This document shows, one piece after another, positions 10,069-24,355 of a DNA stretch of 64,000 bases. Origin of the DNA: an uncultured Faecalimonas sp. GTDB lineage: Bacteria; Bacillota; Clostridia; Lachnospirales; Lachnospiraceae. Each line of letters begins with the position of its first letter. The stretch's first letter is position 1. The DNA lies in NCBI GenBank assembly GCA_964623905.1, contig CAZUVY010000003.1, positions 2,443 through 66,442 of the forward strand, read 5' to 3'. The notes beneath the pieces were generated by a model. That model saw nothing but the letters and a program-made list of their open reading frames with translations. It ran no database searches and was not told where the DNA came from. A program made the translations under genes and the position numbers.

Positions 10069-10884
10069 TTATTCTCCCATCATCTTCTCGCTTATCTTCA
10101 CTCCATGTACCAATAATCTTTCATCATCACTTACATTTGTACAAGTCGAAAGACTCACGATCTTTGAATCCTTGTCAACCTCTACACCTGTCTGATAAAG
10201 AGATAATCCTTGTATCATTGTCAGATATGCTTCATATTCTGCATCATCAAAGAAATGCTTTGTATAGCTTTCTGACGTATCTTTTACAACTGTAACAGAA
10301 AATATCTGATATGTAGATTCTTTTCCATCCGGTGTATAAAGATAAAAATATGGATTTTCTTTATAAAAATCACTCGATCTATATTTTTTCAACTTGCCGA
10401 ACATCGAACCATTCTTCATATTATGACCGTAAATGAATGTATTTCTGTCGCTGAAATCATCCTTATTCTCCATATCGATAAATAACGTTCCAGCCGCGTT
10501 TGTATTTCCTTCCAGAGTCGTCTTCAGATACTTTTTATTGTCAATCCCTGCAACGACTGGATAGTTGATCTCAGAAGGCTCTTCAAAACGAATCCAAGCA
10601 ACGGTATCCGGATTCATCTCAAGCAGTTTTTCGAAGTCCACCCAAAAACTTTCTTCGCCGTCTGTTTCCTCGCTGTTCTGTATCGAGATAACTCCGTTTT
10701 GTATTTCATCATATTCTGCCGTACCTTTTTGATACTCTTTAAAAATATTCCACAAATTGAAAGCAGCATACACAAGAACCGCGACCGCGATCACAATAAT
10801 AATATTAGAAATCCAGTTCTTCTTTGCATGTTTACTGCGTCTTCCTCTGTGGTGCTTTCTTTTTCTCGTTTCTTTTTCTTCCAT
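10069..10884 (-). CDS. srtB: Class B sortase
   Basis: 271 aa with a basic N-terminus plus TM anchor, VAWIRF...INYPVV, IYGHNM, and catalytic LSTCT followed by an ERLLV arginine region. Confidence 0.85.
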   Translation of the reverse strand: MEEKETRKRKHHRGRRSKHAKKNWISNIIIVIAVAVLVYAAFNLWNIFKEYQKGTAEYDEIQNGVISIQNSEETDGEESFWVDFEKLLEMNPDTVAWIRFEEPSEINYPVVAGIDNKKYLKTTLEGNTNAAGTLFIDMENKDDFSDRNTFIYGHNMKNGSMFGKLKKYRSSDFYKENPYFYLYTPDGKESTYQIFSVTVVKDTSESYTKHFFDDAEYEAYLTMIQGLSLYQTGVEVDKDSKIVSLSTCTNVSDDERLLVHGVKISEKMMGE

Positions 10885-10905
10885 CCTCTTCCTCCCCTCT
10901 TTTTT

Positions 10906-12198
10906 CTATTCCACGTGTCCTTTATTTCCCATGATCTCTACGATCACTTTTTCTGTTCCAACCATTCCAGGAGAAGCAATCAGTCCCATATTTTTCATGG
11001 TCTCTTCCGGACTTTTTCCATTGATCCCATGTACTCCTGCAATGCTGACATGATTCATCGCCATAGAAACCGCCTGAAACGCAGCATCTACTGCAACAAT
11101 GCCTTTCATCGTACATCCCTGATTACCGCCATCGCAGATCATACCAGTAATACCAGATGCCATATTGCGGATTACCATCTCCATCTCTTCTGGTGTTCCC
11201 CCTTGAAGATAACACAGTCCACATGCCATGCCTGTACCTGCTGCAATTCCGCAACCGCAAAATGCGGATAATTTCCCCGAATACTCTTTGATGTACATGG
11301 TGATCAGATAACTCAGTGCTGTCGCTTTCAGCAGATCCAAATAAGAAACGGTATCTTCATTGCATTTTTGATATGCATACAATGGCAAAGTCGCAATGAT
11401 CCCATGTGCCCCGCTTCCTGTAATGCTCATTGCCGGTTTGCTAAGACCAAGCACTCTGGCTTCGATCGCTCCATTGCACAAAAGCTGCGCTGTCTTTCTT
11501 GCATCATCGGAAATCAACATCCCGCCATTCTGCTTTTGAAGAAGAGGACCAAAGGTTGTCTTAGACGAACAAAGTCCTTCTTCCAGAAGTTCCAGATTCA
11601 TCGTAAATGCATCTCCAATAAATGCAATTTCTTCTTCGTCTACTTCCTGAAGATAGTTATAAAAATCCTGAAGCGTATATCTGTGGATCAATGCTTCTTG
11701 CGATTCTGCTTTCTCTCCGGTCTGTTTTCTTTCTTTTTCAAAGATGACTTCCTGGTTCTTTTCTATGTAATAAATATCGGTGTGGCTTCCTGCAATCTTC
11801 ACCACACACTCATCTTCTGCTGTCTTTACTTTTGCATCAATTGTAATCTCAGAGCCAATATGGTCCAATACCACTTTGATCTTTCCCTGCGCAACGAGTT
11901 CTTTTGCCTTCTCATTGTCCTCGTCTGTTACATTTTCCAGAGACTCCAGACCTTTTTCTGGATTACCTGCAACTACACCCAATGCCGCCGAAAAAATGTT
12001 ACCTACTTTGTCTGAGTTCGGAATTCCACAGGTAAAAGCGTTTTTATACATTCCGGAATTCAGTGATACCAGTACTTCTTCTACCTCTCCTTTTGTATAA
12101 CTTCTGGCTGTCGATACCGCAAACGCGATCGCACCAGGTTCTGTCACTCCCAAAGCCGGTCTCATGTCATCTTGGATCAATTGTGTAAACGTATGCAT
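10906..12198 (-). CDS. UPF0597 / serine dehydratase alpha-like (L-cysteine desulfidase family) protein
   Basis: RPALGVTEPGAIAFA near the N-terminus, with ITGSGAHG and GMICDGGNQGC further in. Start set at ATG 12198 (AAGGAG 8 nt upstream) rather than the upstream in-frame alternative start. Confidence 0.8.
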   Translation of the reverse strand: MHTFTQLIQDDMRPALGVTEPGAIAFAVSTARSYTKGEVEEVLVSLNSGMYKNAFTCGIPNSDKVGNIFSAALGVVAGNPEKGLESLENVTDEDNEKAKELVAQGKIKVVLDHIGSEITIDAKVKTAEDECVVKIAGSHTDIYYIEKNQEVIFEKERKQTGEKAESQEALIHRYTLQDFYNYLQEVDEEEIAFIGDAFTMNLELLEEGLCSSKTTFGPLLQKQNGGMLISDDARKTAQLLCNGAIEARVLGLSKPAMSITGSGAHGIIATLPLYAYQKCNEDTVSYLDLLKATALSYLITMYIKEYSGKLSAFCGCGIAAGTGMACGLCYLQGGTPEEMEMVIRNMASGITGMICDGGNQGCTMKGIVAVDAAFQAVSMAMNHVSIAGVHGINGKSPEETMKNMGLIASPGMVGTEKVIVEIMGNKGHVE

Positions 12199-12247
12199 AC
12201 TTTTTCTCCTTTTACAAATTAACGCAATAGAGTTTCTTTTTATATTC

Positions 12248-12279
12248 AAACAGGGTGGGCAATCACACCCACCCTGTTT
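12248..12279 (-). terminator. Hairpin downstream of murA (weak terminator or attenuator)
   Basis: Perfect 12-bp stem AAACAGGGTGGG / CCCACCCTGTTT. The distal U-tract on the minus strand is short, so efficiency is uncertain. Confidence 0.35.
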
Positions 12280-12285
12280 ACTTTA

Positions 12286-13578
12286 TTAGCTTACTTTTAA
12301 GATAAACTTTTTGATTTCTTTTTCACTGGCAACACGTTCGATCATACCACCAAGTGAACGTAATTTTTCTTCGAATCGTTCATATCCTCTCTGGATATAA
12401 ACAATATCGTCTACGATTGTAATACCGTCTGTTGCAAGACCCGCGATACAAAGAGCAGCCCCGGCTCTAAGGTCTGGTGCGCTTACTCTGGCTCCAGAGA
12501 GCTTTTCTACACCTTCGATCGTAGCAGAATTGCCTTCTACTTTTGCAACTGCGCCCATACGAGCTAATTCATCTAAATATTTGAAACGATTTTCAAAAAT
12601 ACTTTCTGTAATAATACTTGTTCCTTCACATAATGCAAGAGTCACACCAATCTGTGGCTGCATATCTGTTGGATATCCAGGATATGGCAGTGTCTTTACA
12701 TGTGTACTCTTCAAACGCTTCTTCGCAACTACACGAACTGCATCATCAAACTCTTCTACTTCACATCCGATTTCAACCAGTTTTGCAATTGTTGCTTCCA
12801 AATGCTTTGGAATAACGTTGAGTACAGTTACATCGCCTTTTGTTGCTGCTGCCGCAAACATAAATGTACCTGCTTCAATCTGGTCTGGAATGATGGAATA
12901 TTCTGTTCTGTGCAGCTTCTGTACACCCTTAATCTTGATCACGTCTGTACCTGCGCCTTTGATATTGGCTCCCATACTGTTCAAGAAATTAGCAACGTCT
13001 ACTACGTGTGGTTCTTTTGCCACGTTTTCAAGAATCGTAGTACCTTCTGCCATCGCTGCTGCCATCATAACGTTGATCGTTGCTCCAACAGAAACTACGT
13101 CAAAATAAAGATGATTTCCTTTTAAATATTCTGCTTCTGCAACAATCTTGCCATATTCAATATCTACTTCTGCGCCTAAAGCTCTGAATCCCTTTAAGTG
13201 CTGATCGATTGGTCTGCTTCCGATGTTGCATCCACCTGGAAGTGCAACTTCTGCTCTATGGTATTTTCCAAGTAATGCACCTAATAAATAGTATGAAGCA
13301 CGAATCTTTTTAATATAATCGTACTCAATACACAAATCACCGATTCCAGAACCGTTGATTCGAACTGTATGGCGGTCTACTCTTTGAACAAGTGCGCCAA
13401 TTCCGCTAAGTGCTTCTAATAATACATTAATATCGTTTACATCTGGTAAATTTTCAATTGTAACTGTTTCATCTGTCATAATTGCGGCTGCTAAAATAGC
13501 TAATGCTGCATTCTTTGCTCCGCCGATTTCTACTTCCCCTACAAGTGGTGTACCACCTTTGATAATATATTGTTCCAT
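12286..13578 (-). CDS. murA: UDP-N-acetylglucosamine 1-carboxyvinyltransferase
   Basis: IKGGTPLVGEVEIGGAKNAAL, with active-site LPGGCNIGSRPID (Cys retained). ATG 13578 has a GAGGTG RBS. Confidence 0.95.
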   Translation of the reverse strand: MEQYIIKGGTPLVGEVEIGGAKNAALAILAAAIMTDETVTIENLPDVNDINVLLEALSGIGALVQRVDRHTVRINGSGIGDLCIEYDYIKKIRASYYLLGALLGKYHRAEVALPGGCNIGSRPIDQHLKGFRALGAEVDIEYGKIVAEAEYLKGNHLYFDVVSVGATINVMMAAAMAEGTTILENVAKEPHVVDVANFLNSMGANIKGAGTDVIKIKGVQKLHRTEYSIIPDQIEAGTFMFAAAATKGDVTVLNVIPKHLEATIAKLVEIGCEVEEFDDAVRVVAKKRLKSTHVKTLPYPGYPTDMQPQIGVTLALCEGTSIITESIFENRFKYLDELARMGAVAKVEGNSATIEGVEKLSGARVSAPDLRAGAALCIAGLATDGITIVDDIVYIQRGYERFEEKLRSLGGMIERVASEKEIKKFILKVS

Positions 13579-13670
13579 ATCACACCTCAATAATGGTTTT
13601 ATATTCTATTTCCCTCTTAATATGTCCTAAAATTAATCCTACTAACCCAAGTATGTTATACTCTTTTGTC

Positions 13671-13698
13671 ATTATAGCATAAAAAAAGATTTTGTAAA
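13671..13698 (-). promoter_or_regulatory. Candidate sigma-A promoter for murA
   Basis: Minus strand TTTACA - 16 bp - TGcTATAAT (extended -10). Confidence 0.45.
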
Positions 13699-13774
13699 AT
13701 GTTTTTATTCTGTTCCTTGTTTTTCGTGCAGAACAAATCATATATTATGAAGCAAAATTTCTATGCTGTAAAAT

Positions 13775-13808
13775 AAAAACAAAGGAGGTGCGGCATATAC
13801 ACCTCCTA
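13775..13808 (-). terminator. aroK terminator
   Basis: Stem AGGAGGTG / CACCTCCT overlaps the stop codon, followed by TTGTTTTT on the minus strand. Confidence 0.7.
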
Positions 13809-14303
13809 TTTTTCAAATAGTTCCAATACCAGATCGATTGTCTCTTCTAATTCTAATCCTTCTTCTGACACGGTATAATCTGCATATTTCTCAAACAACT
13901 GTGTTCTTTCCATATATAGATCATACAATGTCTGGCCATCTTTTAATACAACGCCCCTGTTCTTTGCATTGCTGATTCTTTTGTTGATCGTATCATAAGA
14001 AACTTTGAGGTAGACAATGGTTCCAATCTCTTTGTAATGTTCCATCGCTTCTTTGCAATACACCACGCTTCCACCTGGCGAAATGACTGCCTTTTCTGCT
14101 TCTACATCGCGGTTCACCTGATTTTCTATTTTCAGAAATCCATCATTTCCCACTTCGGCAATGATCTCTTTCAACAATTTCTTTTCCTGCTTTTGGATCA
14201 ATAAATCTGTATCAATAAATTCATATCCCAGACGTTTTGCAACAACTACACCTACTGTACTTTTCCCTGATGCCGGCATGCCGATAAAAATAATGTTTTT
14301 CAT
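13806..14303 (-). CDS. aroK: Shikimate kinase
   Basis: MKNIIFIGMPASGKSTVG P-loop and ISPGGSVV. Start placed at ATG 14303 (the ORF in the track begins at an upstream TTG). Confidence 0.85.
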   Translation of the reverse strand: MKNIIFIGMPASGKSTVGVVVAKRLGYEFIDTDLLIQKQEKKLLKEIIAEVGNDGFLKIENQVNRDVEAEKAVISPGGSVVYCKEAMEHYKEIGTIVYLKVSYDTINKRISNAKNRGVVLKDGQTLYDLYMERTQLFEKYADYTVSEEGLELEETIDLVLELFEK

Positions 14304-14385
14304 TTGTATCTTTTCCTTTCTGCATATGTTCAAATTTTACAAATCAAGGAGTTTCTGGAAACCACTCTTTCTGTAAATAAATTCC

Positions 14386-14754
14386 TTATAGATAAAAATT
14401 CCTTCTTCTTTTTCTCCGTTCGCTTCTGCGGCGGAACAATTCATGGAATAGAATCAATTGTACCATATCTCTTACACGATTGTCTTCTTCATTTTCAGAT
14501 TCTTTTACTTTATCATAGATTCTACTGCACATCAAATGAATTTGAAGCTGATCCGGATATTCATCAAAGATCACACTTCCTTCATAAGACATACGATCAC
14601 ATTCGTCTTCCACATATGGCAAAATCTTTTTTGCCAGCGCCGGATACATACTTTTCATATAATCAAAGTCCATGCGTTCCACTCTGTCATCATCATATTG
14701 AAATGGCATAGGGTACGCCATGTAATACGGCAGGCGATAATCCATAGTTTCCAC
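14386..14754 (-). CDS. Hypothetical protein with a strongly basic C-terminal tail
   Basis: 122-aa ORF (YPMPFQYDDD...DECDRMSYEGSVIFDEYPD...RRRSERRKRRRNFYL). I could not assign a family with confidence. Confidence 0.5.
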   Translation of the reverse strand: METMDYRLPYYMAYPMPFQYDDDRVERMDFDYMKSMYPALAKKILPYVEDECDRMSYEGSVIFDEYPDQLQIHLMCSRIYDKVKESENEEDNRVRDMVQLILFHELFRRRSERRKRRRNFYL

Positions 14755-14817
14755 TTCCTATCTTTGAACATTATAGTTATAGAATATGCCGAAAAGAATT
14801 TTCGGTGTCTGACATTC

Positions 14818-14853
14818 ATAAAAAAGAGACCTGATTTCAAATCAAGTCTCTTC
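14818..14853 (-). terminator. ATP synthase operon terminator
   Basis: Minus strand AGAGACTTGAT-loop-ATCAGGTCTCT, followed by TTTTTT. Confidence 0.75.
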
Positions 14854-14864
14854 TATAAATCCTG

Positions 14865-15269
14865 TTATTTTGCAGCTTTCAAACGTGTCATCGCTCTCTT
14901 TAACGCTGCTTCGGCACGTACTACATCTAATCCGGCTTCTTTTCTATTCAAACGTTCTACCGCACGCTGTTTTGCTGCTTCAGCACGCGCTACATCAATT
15001 TCTTCCGGCCAGTTTGCATCTTCTGCCAGGATTGTGATTTTTTCTTTCTGGATTTCAATAAAACCTCCAAGCACTGCTGCTTTTCTTTTTTCTCCATCTT
15101 TGTGAATATACACAACACCTGCATCCAGAATTGTTGTAAGCGGAATGTGGTTTTTATAAACCCCCATCTCTCCTTCTACGGAAGTAAATTCAAGGAATTC
15201 TGCTTCTCCTTCGAAGAACATGCCGTCTGGTTCAATAATTTTTAATTCAAATAAGTTATTATCTGCCAT
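14865..15269 (-). CDS. atpC: F1 ATP synthase epsilon subunit
   Basis: MADNNLFELKIIEPDG..., last gene of the atp operon. ATG 15269 with a GAGGTG RBS. Confidence 0.93.
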   Translation of the reverse strand: MADNNLFELKIIEPDGMFFEGEAEFLEFTSVEGEMGVYKNHIPLTTILDAGVVYIHKDGEKRKAAVLGGFIEIQKEKITILAEDANWPEEIDVARAEAAKQRAVERLNRKEAGLDVVRAEAALKRAMTRLKAAK

Positions 15270-15281
15270 ATGCACTCACCT

Positions 15282-17611
<2,330 letters not shown>

Positions 17612-17646
17612 GATAGCTCTCCTCTCTTACTGAGCAGCTTTTCAAA

Positions 17647-19722
<2,076 letters not shown>

Positions 19723-19735
<13 letters not shown>

Positions 19736-20238
19736 GTACCTTCACCCATTTCTTTTAATGTTTCGTCGATTAGACTTGCCTGTACATTTGTATCAATAGA
19801 AGCTGCTACCACTTTTCCAGCCATCATAGATGCGATAGTGATCATCTCTTGTTTCATATCGTCTAATGCACGTTTCTTCTCTAATTCGATTTCAGCATTT
19901 GCACGTGCGATAATACGGGCTGCTTCTTCTTTCGCCTCAGCTACAATCTTAGCTTCATTCTGTTTTGCTCTCTTGCGAGCTTCACTTAAGATTGCTTCCG
20001 CTTCTTTATCTACTTCTTTTAATTTTTGATCATACTCTTCCTTAAATGCAATTGCGTCAGCTTTTTCGCGTCTTGCAGTTTCCTGATCATCTGCCACTCT
20101 TTGCTTACGTTTTTCCAGCATATCTCTGACCGGATCAAACAAAAGATACGAAAGCAGTGTAAACAGTACCCACATGCTGAGTGCCAAAACCACACAGTCG
20201 AAAAGGAATTGTGCGTCAAGCGTAAATAAGCGTTCCAA
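19723..20238 (-). CDS. atpF: Fo ATP synthase b subunit
   Basis: 171 aa with one N-terminal TM helix followed by a long charged coiled coil. Operon position supports the call. Confidence 0.9.
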
Positions 20239-20306
20239 GGTTCAGCCTCCTTCCTTTACTTATTCTTCTAAAATATTTCTTCGTAAGTTTTCTTTATACG
20301 TAAATT

Positions 20307-20606
<300 letters not shown>

Positions 20607-21311
20607 TTAGACATCTTCTGGTATTTTCTGAGTGATCCATACCATCGTCAACATACAGAAAACGTATGTTTGAATTGCGCCTGAGAACAGGTCAAAGTAT
20701 GCATGTAAGATACCTGGCCACAGAATTGCAACTTTGCTAAGCAGCCCATAAATAAGTGCCATAATAACCGTTCCTGATACTACGTTACCAAATAAACGTA
20801 ATGATACAGAAAATGGCACTGCGATTTCACCAATCAAGTTGATCGGGAATAAAAATGGTAACGGCTTAAATAAATCAGTGAGTGCTCCCATCTTGTTCCA
20901 TTTAATATTGTTATATTGAATAAGAACAAACGTGATTACACCGAGTGGAAAAGTAACACCATAGTCCGCAGTAGGTGGTCTGAGTCCTAACAACCCAGAA
21001 ATGTTGCTTATCAGCAAGAAAATAAATAACGTACCTATATAGTTACGATATTTGACTGCGTTTTTTCCCATGGAACTTTTCACCATGCCGTCTAACATTT
21101 CGACGATCAGCTCTGCTGCATTCTGTAATCCGCTTGGATGTTCTGTGTCTTTTAGTTTACGGTTTACCACAAAAGCAAACAGAATCAATCCCACGCAAAC
21201 AACCAGCAGACTGACATGTGTCGTTGTGAGATACACTTCCTGCCCAAATACATTAAGTCTCATCAGACTGTGTATCATGAAGTCAGCATCTGAAGCTAAA
21301 ATTCCTGCCAC
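20607..21311 (-). CDS. atpB: Fo ATP synthase a subunit
   Basis: 234-aa polytopic protein with the conserved LSLRLFGN arginine motif. Confidence 0.95.
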   Translation of the reverse strand: MAGILASDADFMIHSLMRLNVFGQEVYLTTTHVSLLVVCVGLILFAFVVNRKLKDTEHPSGLQNAAELIVEMLDGMVKSSMGKNAVKYRNYIGTLFIFLLISNISGLLGLRPPTADYGVTFPLGVITFVLIQYNNIKWNKMGALTDLFKPLPFLFPINLIGEIAVPFSVSLRLFGNVVSGTVIMALIYGLLSKVAILWPGILHAYFDLFSGAIQTYVFCMLTMVWITQKIPEDV

Positions 21312-21329
21312 TTGTTTAACCTCCTTTTC

Positions 21330-21737
21330 TTATTTAGTTTTCTTTTTTGTTCTTTGTTCTTCCAAACATAGAAACAATTTATGCATATGCGGCTGTAAAT
21401 ACGCCGATATTTTCAACGGGAAAATCCCTAATACTAAAGTAAAAGGATTTCCAAGGTTGAAATAAATGACAATTCCAATCACAAACAATGTTACGACCAT
21501 GCGTGTCGCATAGGCTGATCTGGCATGCTTCTGGGCGCCCTCTACACCTAAGTCCAATGAGTCTTCAATTGAGCGTTTTAAATGAATTGCCATAAAACAT
21601 GCAACTGCGATTCCACTCCATAATCCAATTGCATTATATAAATAATTCTTTGAAACAATAATGCAGGCAATCTGCATCACGATGCCCAAAAGAATTATCC
21701 CGATAAGTAATTCAGTCAATATACTATTCTTCTTCAT
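21330..21737 (-). CDS. atpI: ATP synthase subunit I
   Basis: 135-aa four-TM protein directly upstream of atpB. Confidence 0.75.
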   Translation of the reverse strand: MKKNSILTELLIGIILLGIVMQIACIIVSKNYLYNAIGLWSGIAVACFMAIHLKRSIEDSLDLGVEGAQKHARSAYATRMVVTLFVIGIVIYFNLGNPFTLVLGIFPLKISAYLQPHMHKLFLCLEEQRTKKKTK

Positions 21738-22026
21738 CTAATTTTTCTTCTTCAATCCTGCTATTATCAATTTGTTTTCTGATCTTCCAGTAATCATCTT
21801 CATCTTCTTCTGATTCCATCACAGCAGTTGCCTGACGCACCAATGCGTATACGTTACGCGCCCCTGCCAGGATTCCCAGAATAATCATCGGAATCGTAAC
21901 TGAAGTCGAAAACTTTTCATCCAGCTTCATTCCCACAAATGTACATAAAAAAACCGGAACGATCATGCTGATTCCAAGTTGTGAAATTAGTGTAAATGTA
22001 GTATATACGCTTTTTTTATATTTCAT
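21724..22026 (-). CDS. atpZ: AtpZ/AtpI-family small membrane protein
   Basis: 100 aa with two TM helices. First gene of the atp operon, overlapping atpI by 14 nt. Confidence 0.65.
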   Translation of the reverse strand: MKYKKSVYTTFTLISQLGISMIVPVFLCTFVGMKLDEKFSTSVTIPMIILGILAGARNVYALVRQATAVMESEEDEDDYWKIRKQIDNSRIEEEKLDEEE

Positions 22027-22164
22027 AATCAGTTATCGTTCCTTTCTAACTCTGTTTTTATCTTACAATATCTCCCCGTTTGTGTCTAGTCATTTTGTAA
22101 TAGTTTTTGTCTATAAATTCTTCCAATTTTGTGCATATTGTCAAATAAATAACAAGAAGGGGCA

Positions 22165-22659
22165 TTAATCCCACTCCAGTCGGTGTAAATGCCCCTCTTT
22201 TGTCATTCCATTAAATCCATTTTGTCTGAGTGCCTCATACAGTACGATCGCAACCGAATTGCCAAGGTTGAGCGAACGGATGTCGCCCACCATTGGAATT
22301 CGAATACTGTCTTCTTTATGATGCACTAATATCTCTTCCGGAATCCCTGCACTTTCTTTTCCAAACATAATATAGCAGTCTGGTTCGAATGACACATCAG
22401 TGTAGACATTCGGAGCTTTCGTTGTCGCCATATAGATTTTAGCTCCTGGATTTTTTTCCATAAAGTCATTGAAATCTATGTATGTCGTAACGTCTAAATC
22501 TTTCCAATAATCCATTCCGGCACGTCTTAATGACTTTTCATCCAATCGGAATCCCAAAGGTTCGATCAGATGGAGTCTTGTACCTGTTGCAACGCAGGTT
22601 CTGCCAATGTTTCCTGTGTTTGCCGGAATCTCCGGTTCAAATAATACGATATTTAACAT
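22165..22659 (-). CDS. trmL: tRNA (cytidine/uridine-2'-O)-methyltransferase TrmL (SpoU/TrmH family)
   Basis: MLNIVLFEPEIPANTGNIGRTCVATG..., IRSLNLGNSVAIVLYEA. Confidence 0.9.
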   Translation of the reverse strand: MLNIVLFEPEIPANTGNIGRTCVATGTRLHLIEPLGFRLDEKSLRRAGMDYWKDLDVTTYIDFNDFMEKNPGAKIYMATTKAPNVYTDVSFEPDCYIMFGKESAGIPEEILVHHKEDSIRIPMVGDIRSLNLGNSVAIVLYEALRQNGFNGMTKEGHLHRLEWD

Positions 22660-22660
22660 C

Positions 22661-23830
22661 TTATTTTTCCTCTCTTAAACGAGTAATAAATTTTTCAAAA
22701 CGTCCAAGAGCTTCTTTCAAATCTTCCAGTGAATATGCATATGAAATACGAAGGAAGCCTTCTCCACATGCACCAAAAGCTGTACCAGGAACTACTGCAA
22801 CTTTTTCTTCTTTTAAGAAACGTGTTGCGAATTCTTCCGAAGTCATACCAAACTCCTTGATACTTGGGAAGATATAGAATGCACCAAATGGTTCGAAGCA
22901 AGAAAGTCCCATACGCTTGAACTCATGAACCAAAAATCTTCTTCTCTGATTATACGCTTCGCGCATCTCCTGAACTTCTGCATCACAGTTACGAAGTGCT
23001 TCTACTGCTGCATACTGACTGTTTGTTGGGGCACACATGATCGCATACTGGTGAATCTTCACCATCTGTGCAATGATCTCTTTTGGACCACATGCATATC
23101 CAAGTCTCCATCCTGTCATGGCAAATGCTTTTGAAAAACCATTGATCAGAATCGTACGTTCTTTCATACCTTCAAAACTTGCGATCGACACATGATCACC
23201 TTTGTAGCTTAATTCCGAATAAATCTCATCTGTGATTACAAATAAGTCATATTTTTTTACGATCTCTACGATCGGTTCTAAGTCTTCTTTTGTCATGATC
23301 GCTCCCGTTGGATTGTTAGGGAATGGCATGATCAGGATTTTTGTCTTAGGAGTGATCGCTGCTTCCAGTTCTTCTGCTGTCAGTTTGAATTCATTCTTTT
23401 CTTGTAATGGAATTGCAACTGGAACTCCGTCAGCAAGTACTGTACATGGATCATAAGATACATAACATGGCTGTGGAATCAACACTTCATCTCCTGGATC
23501 CAGCATTGCACGAAGTGCGATATCAATCCCTTCACTTCCGCCGACTGTTACGATTACTTCATCATTATAGTTATATTGTACATTACATTTTCTGTCTAAG
23601 TATTTGCAGATTTCAACTTTTAATTCTTTTAAACCTGCATTTGATGTATAGAATGTCTTTCCTCTTTCAAGAGTGTAGATCCCTTCTTCACGGATACGCC
23701 ATGGTGTATCAAAATCAGGCTCCCCTACCCCAAGAGAAATAGCGTCCGGCATCTCGCTTACCACATCAAAGAATTTACGGATTCCTGATGGAGCGATCTG
23801 CACTACTTTGTTTGATAATGGATTTCTCAT
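22661..23830 (-). CDS. Class I/II pyridoxal-phosphate aminotransferase (aspartate/aromatic type)
   Basis: 389 aa with NPTG and the SKAFAMTGWRLGY PLP-lysine region. The start overlaps the stop of the upstream Lrp gene. Confidence 0.88.
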   Translation of the reverse strand: MRNPLSNKVVQIAPSGIRKFFDVVSEMPDAISLGVGEPDFDTPWRIREEGIYTLERGKTFYTSNAGLKELKVEICKYLDRKCNVQYNYNDEVIVTVGGSEGIDIALRAMLDPGDEVLIPQPCYVSYDPCTVLADGVPVAIPLQEKNEFKLTAEELEAAITPKTKILIMPFPNNPTGAIMTKEDLEPIVEIVKKYDLFVITDEIYSELSYKGDHVSIASFEGMKERTILINGFSKAFAMTGWRLGYACGPKEIIAQMVKIHQYAIMCAPTNSQYAAVEALRNCDAEVQEMREAYNQRRRFLVHEFKRMGLSCFEPFGAFYIFPSIKEFGMTSEEFATRFLKEEKVAVVPGTAFGACGEGFLRISYAYSLEDLKEALGRFEKFITRLREEK

Positions 23831-24312
23831 TATGGTGTCACAAGCATCCTTTCTGGTTCAGATTTCTTTACTAAGATTGTTCCATGGTCTTTGTATTTCT
23901 TTAAAATAAAGTGTGTTGCTGTACTGAGTACTGAATCGATTGGAGACAGCTTATCAGATACGAACTGTGATACTTCTTTTAATGTCTTTCCTTCTAATGT
24001 TACAAGTAAGTCATAAGCACCTGAGATCAGATATACTGCATTTACTTCTGGGTAATTGTAGATACGTTCTGCGATTCTGTCGAATCCCTGATTTCTTTGT
24101 GGTGTTACTCGTACTTCGATCAGAGCTGTTACAGATTCTACCCCTGCTTTATCCCAGTCGATCAATGTATGGTATCCACAGATGATCTTTTCTTTTTCCA
24201 TCTGCGCGATTTCATTTGCGATTGTCACTTCATCTGTTCCAAGTAAAATAGCAAGTTCACCTAAATCTACTTTGCTTTTCTTTTCAATATACTTTAAAAT
24301 CTGTGTTCTCAT
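23830..24312 (-). CDS. Lrp/AsnC-family transcriptional regulator
   Basis: 160 aa with an N-terminal wHTH and a C-terminal RAM/ACT-like domain (VYLISGAYDLLV). Confidence 0.85.
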   Translation of the reverse strand: MRTQILKYIEKKSKVDLGELAILLGTDEVTIANEIAQMEKEKIICGYHTLIDWDKAGVESVTALIEVRVTPQRNQGFDRIAERIYNYPEVNAVYLISGAYDLLVTLEGKTLKEVSQFVSDKLSPIDSVLSTATHFILKKYKDHGTILVKKSEPERMLVTP

Positions 24313-24355
24313 AGGACCTCCTAATATTCATTCAAGAATGATACCATTCTAGATT

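Noticed and set aside
22165-22215. The hairpin GAAGGGGCAT...ATGCCCCTC spanning the trmL stop codon, first read as a plus-strand terminator.
   Set aside because: No plus-strand gene ends here. On the minus strand the same hairpin is followed by a T-rich run and serves as the trmL terminator.
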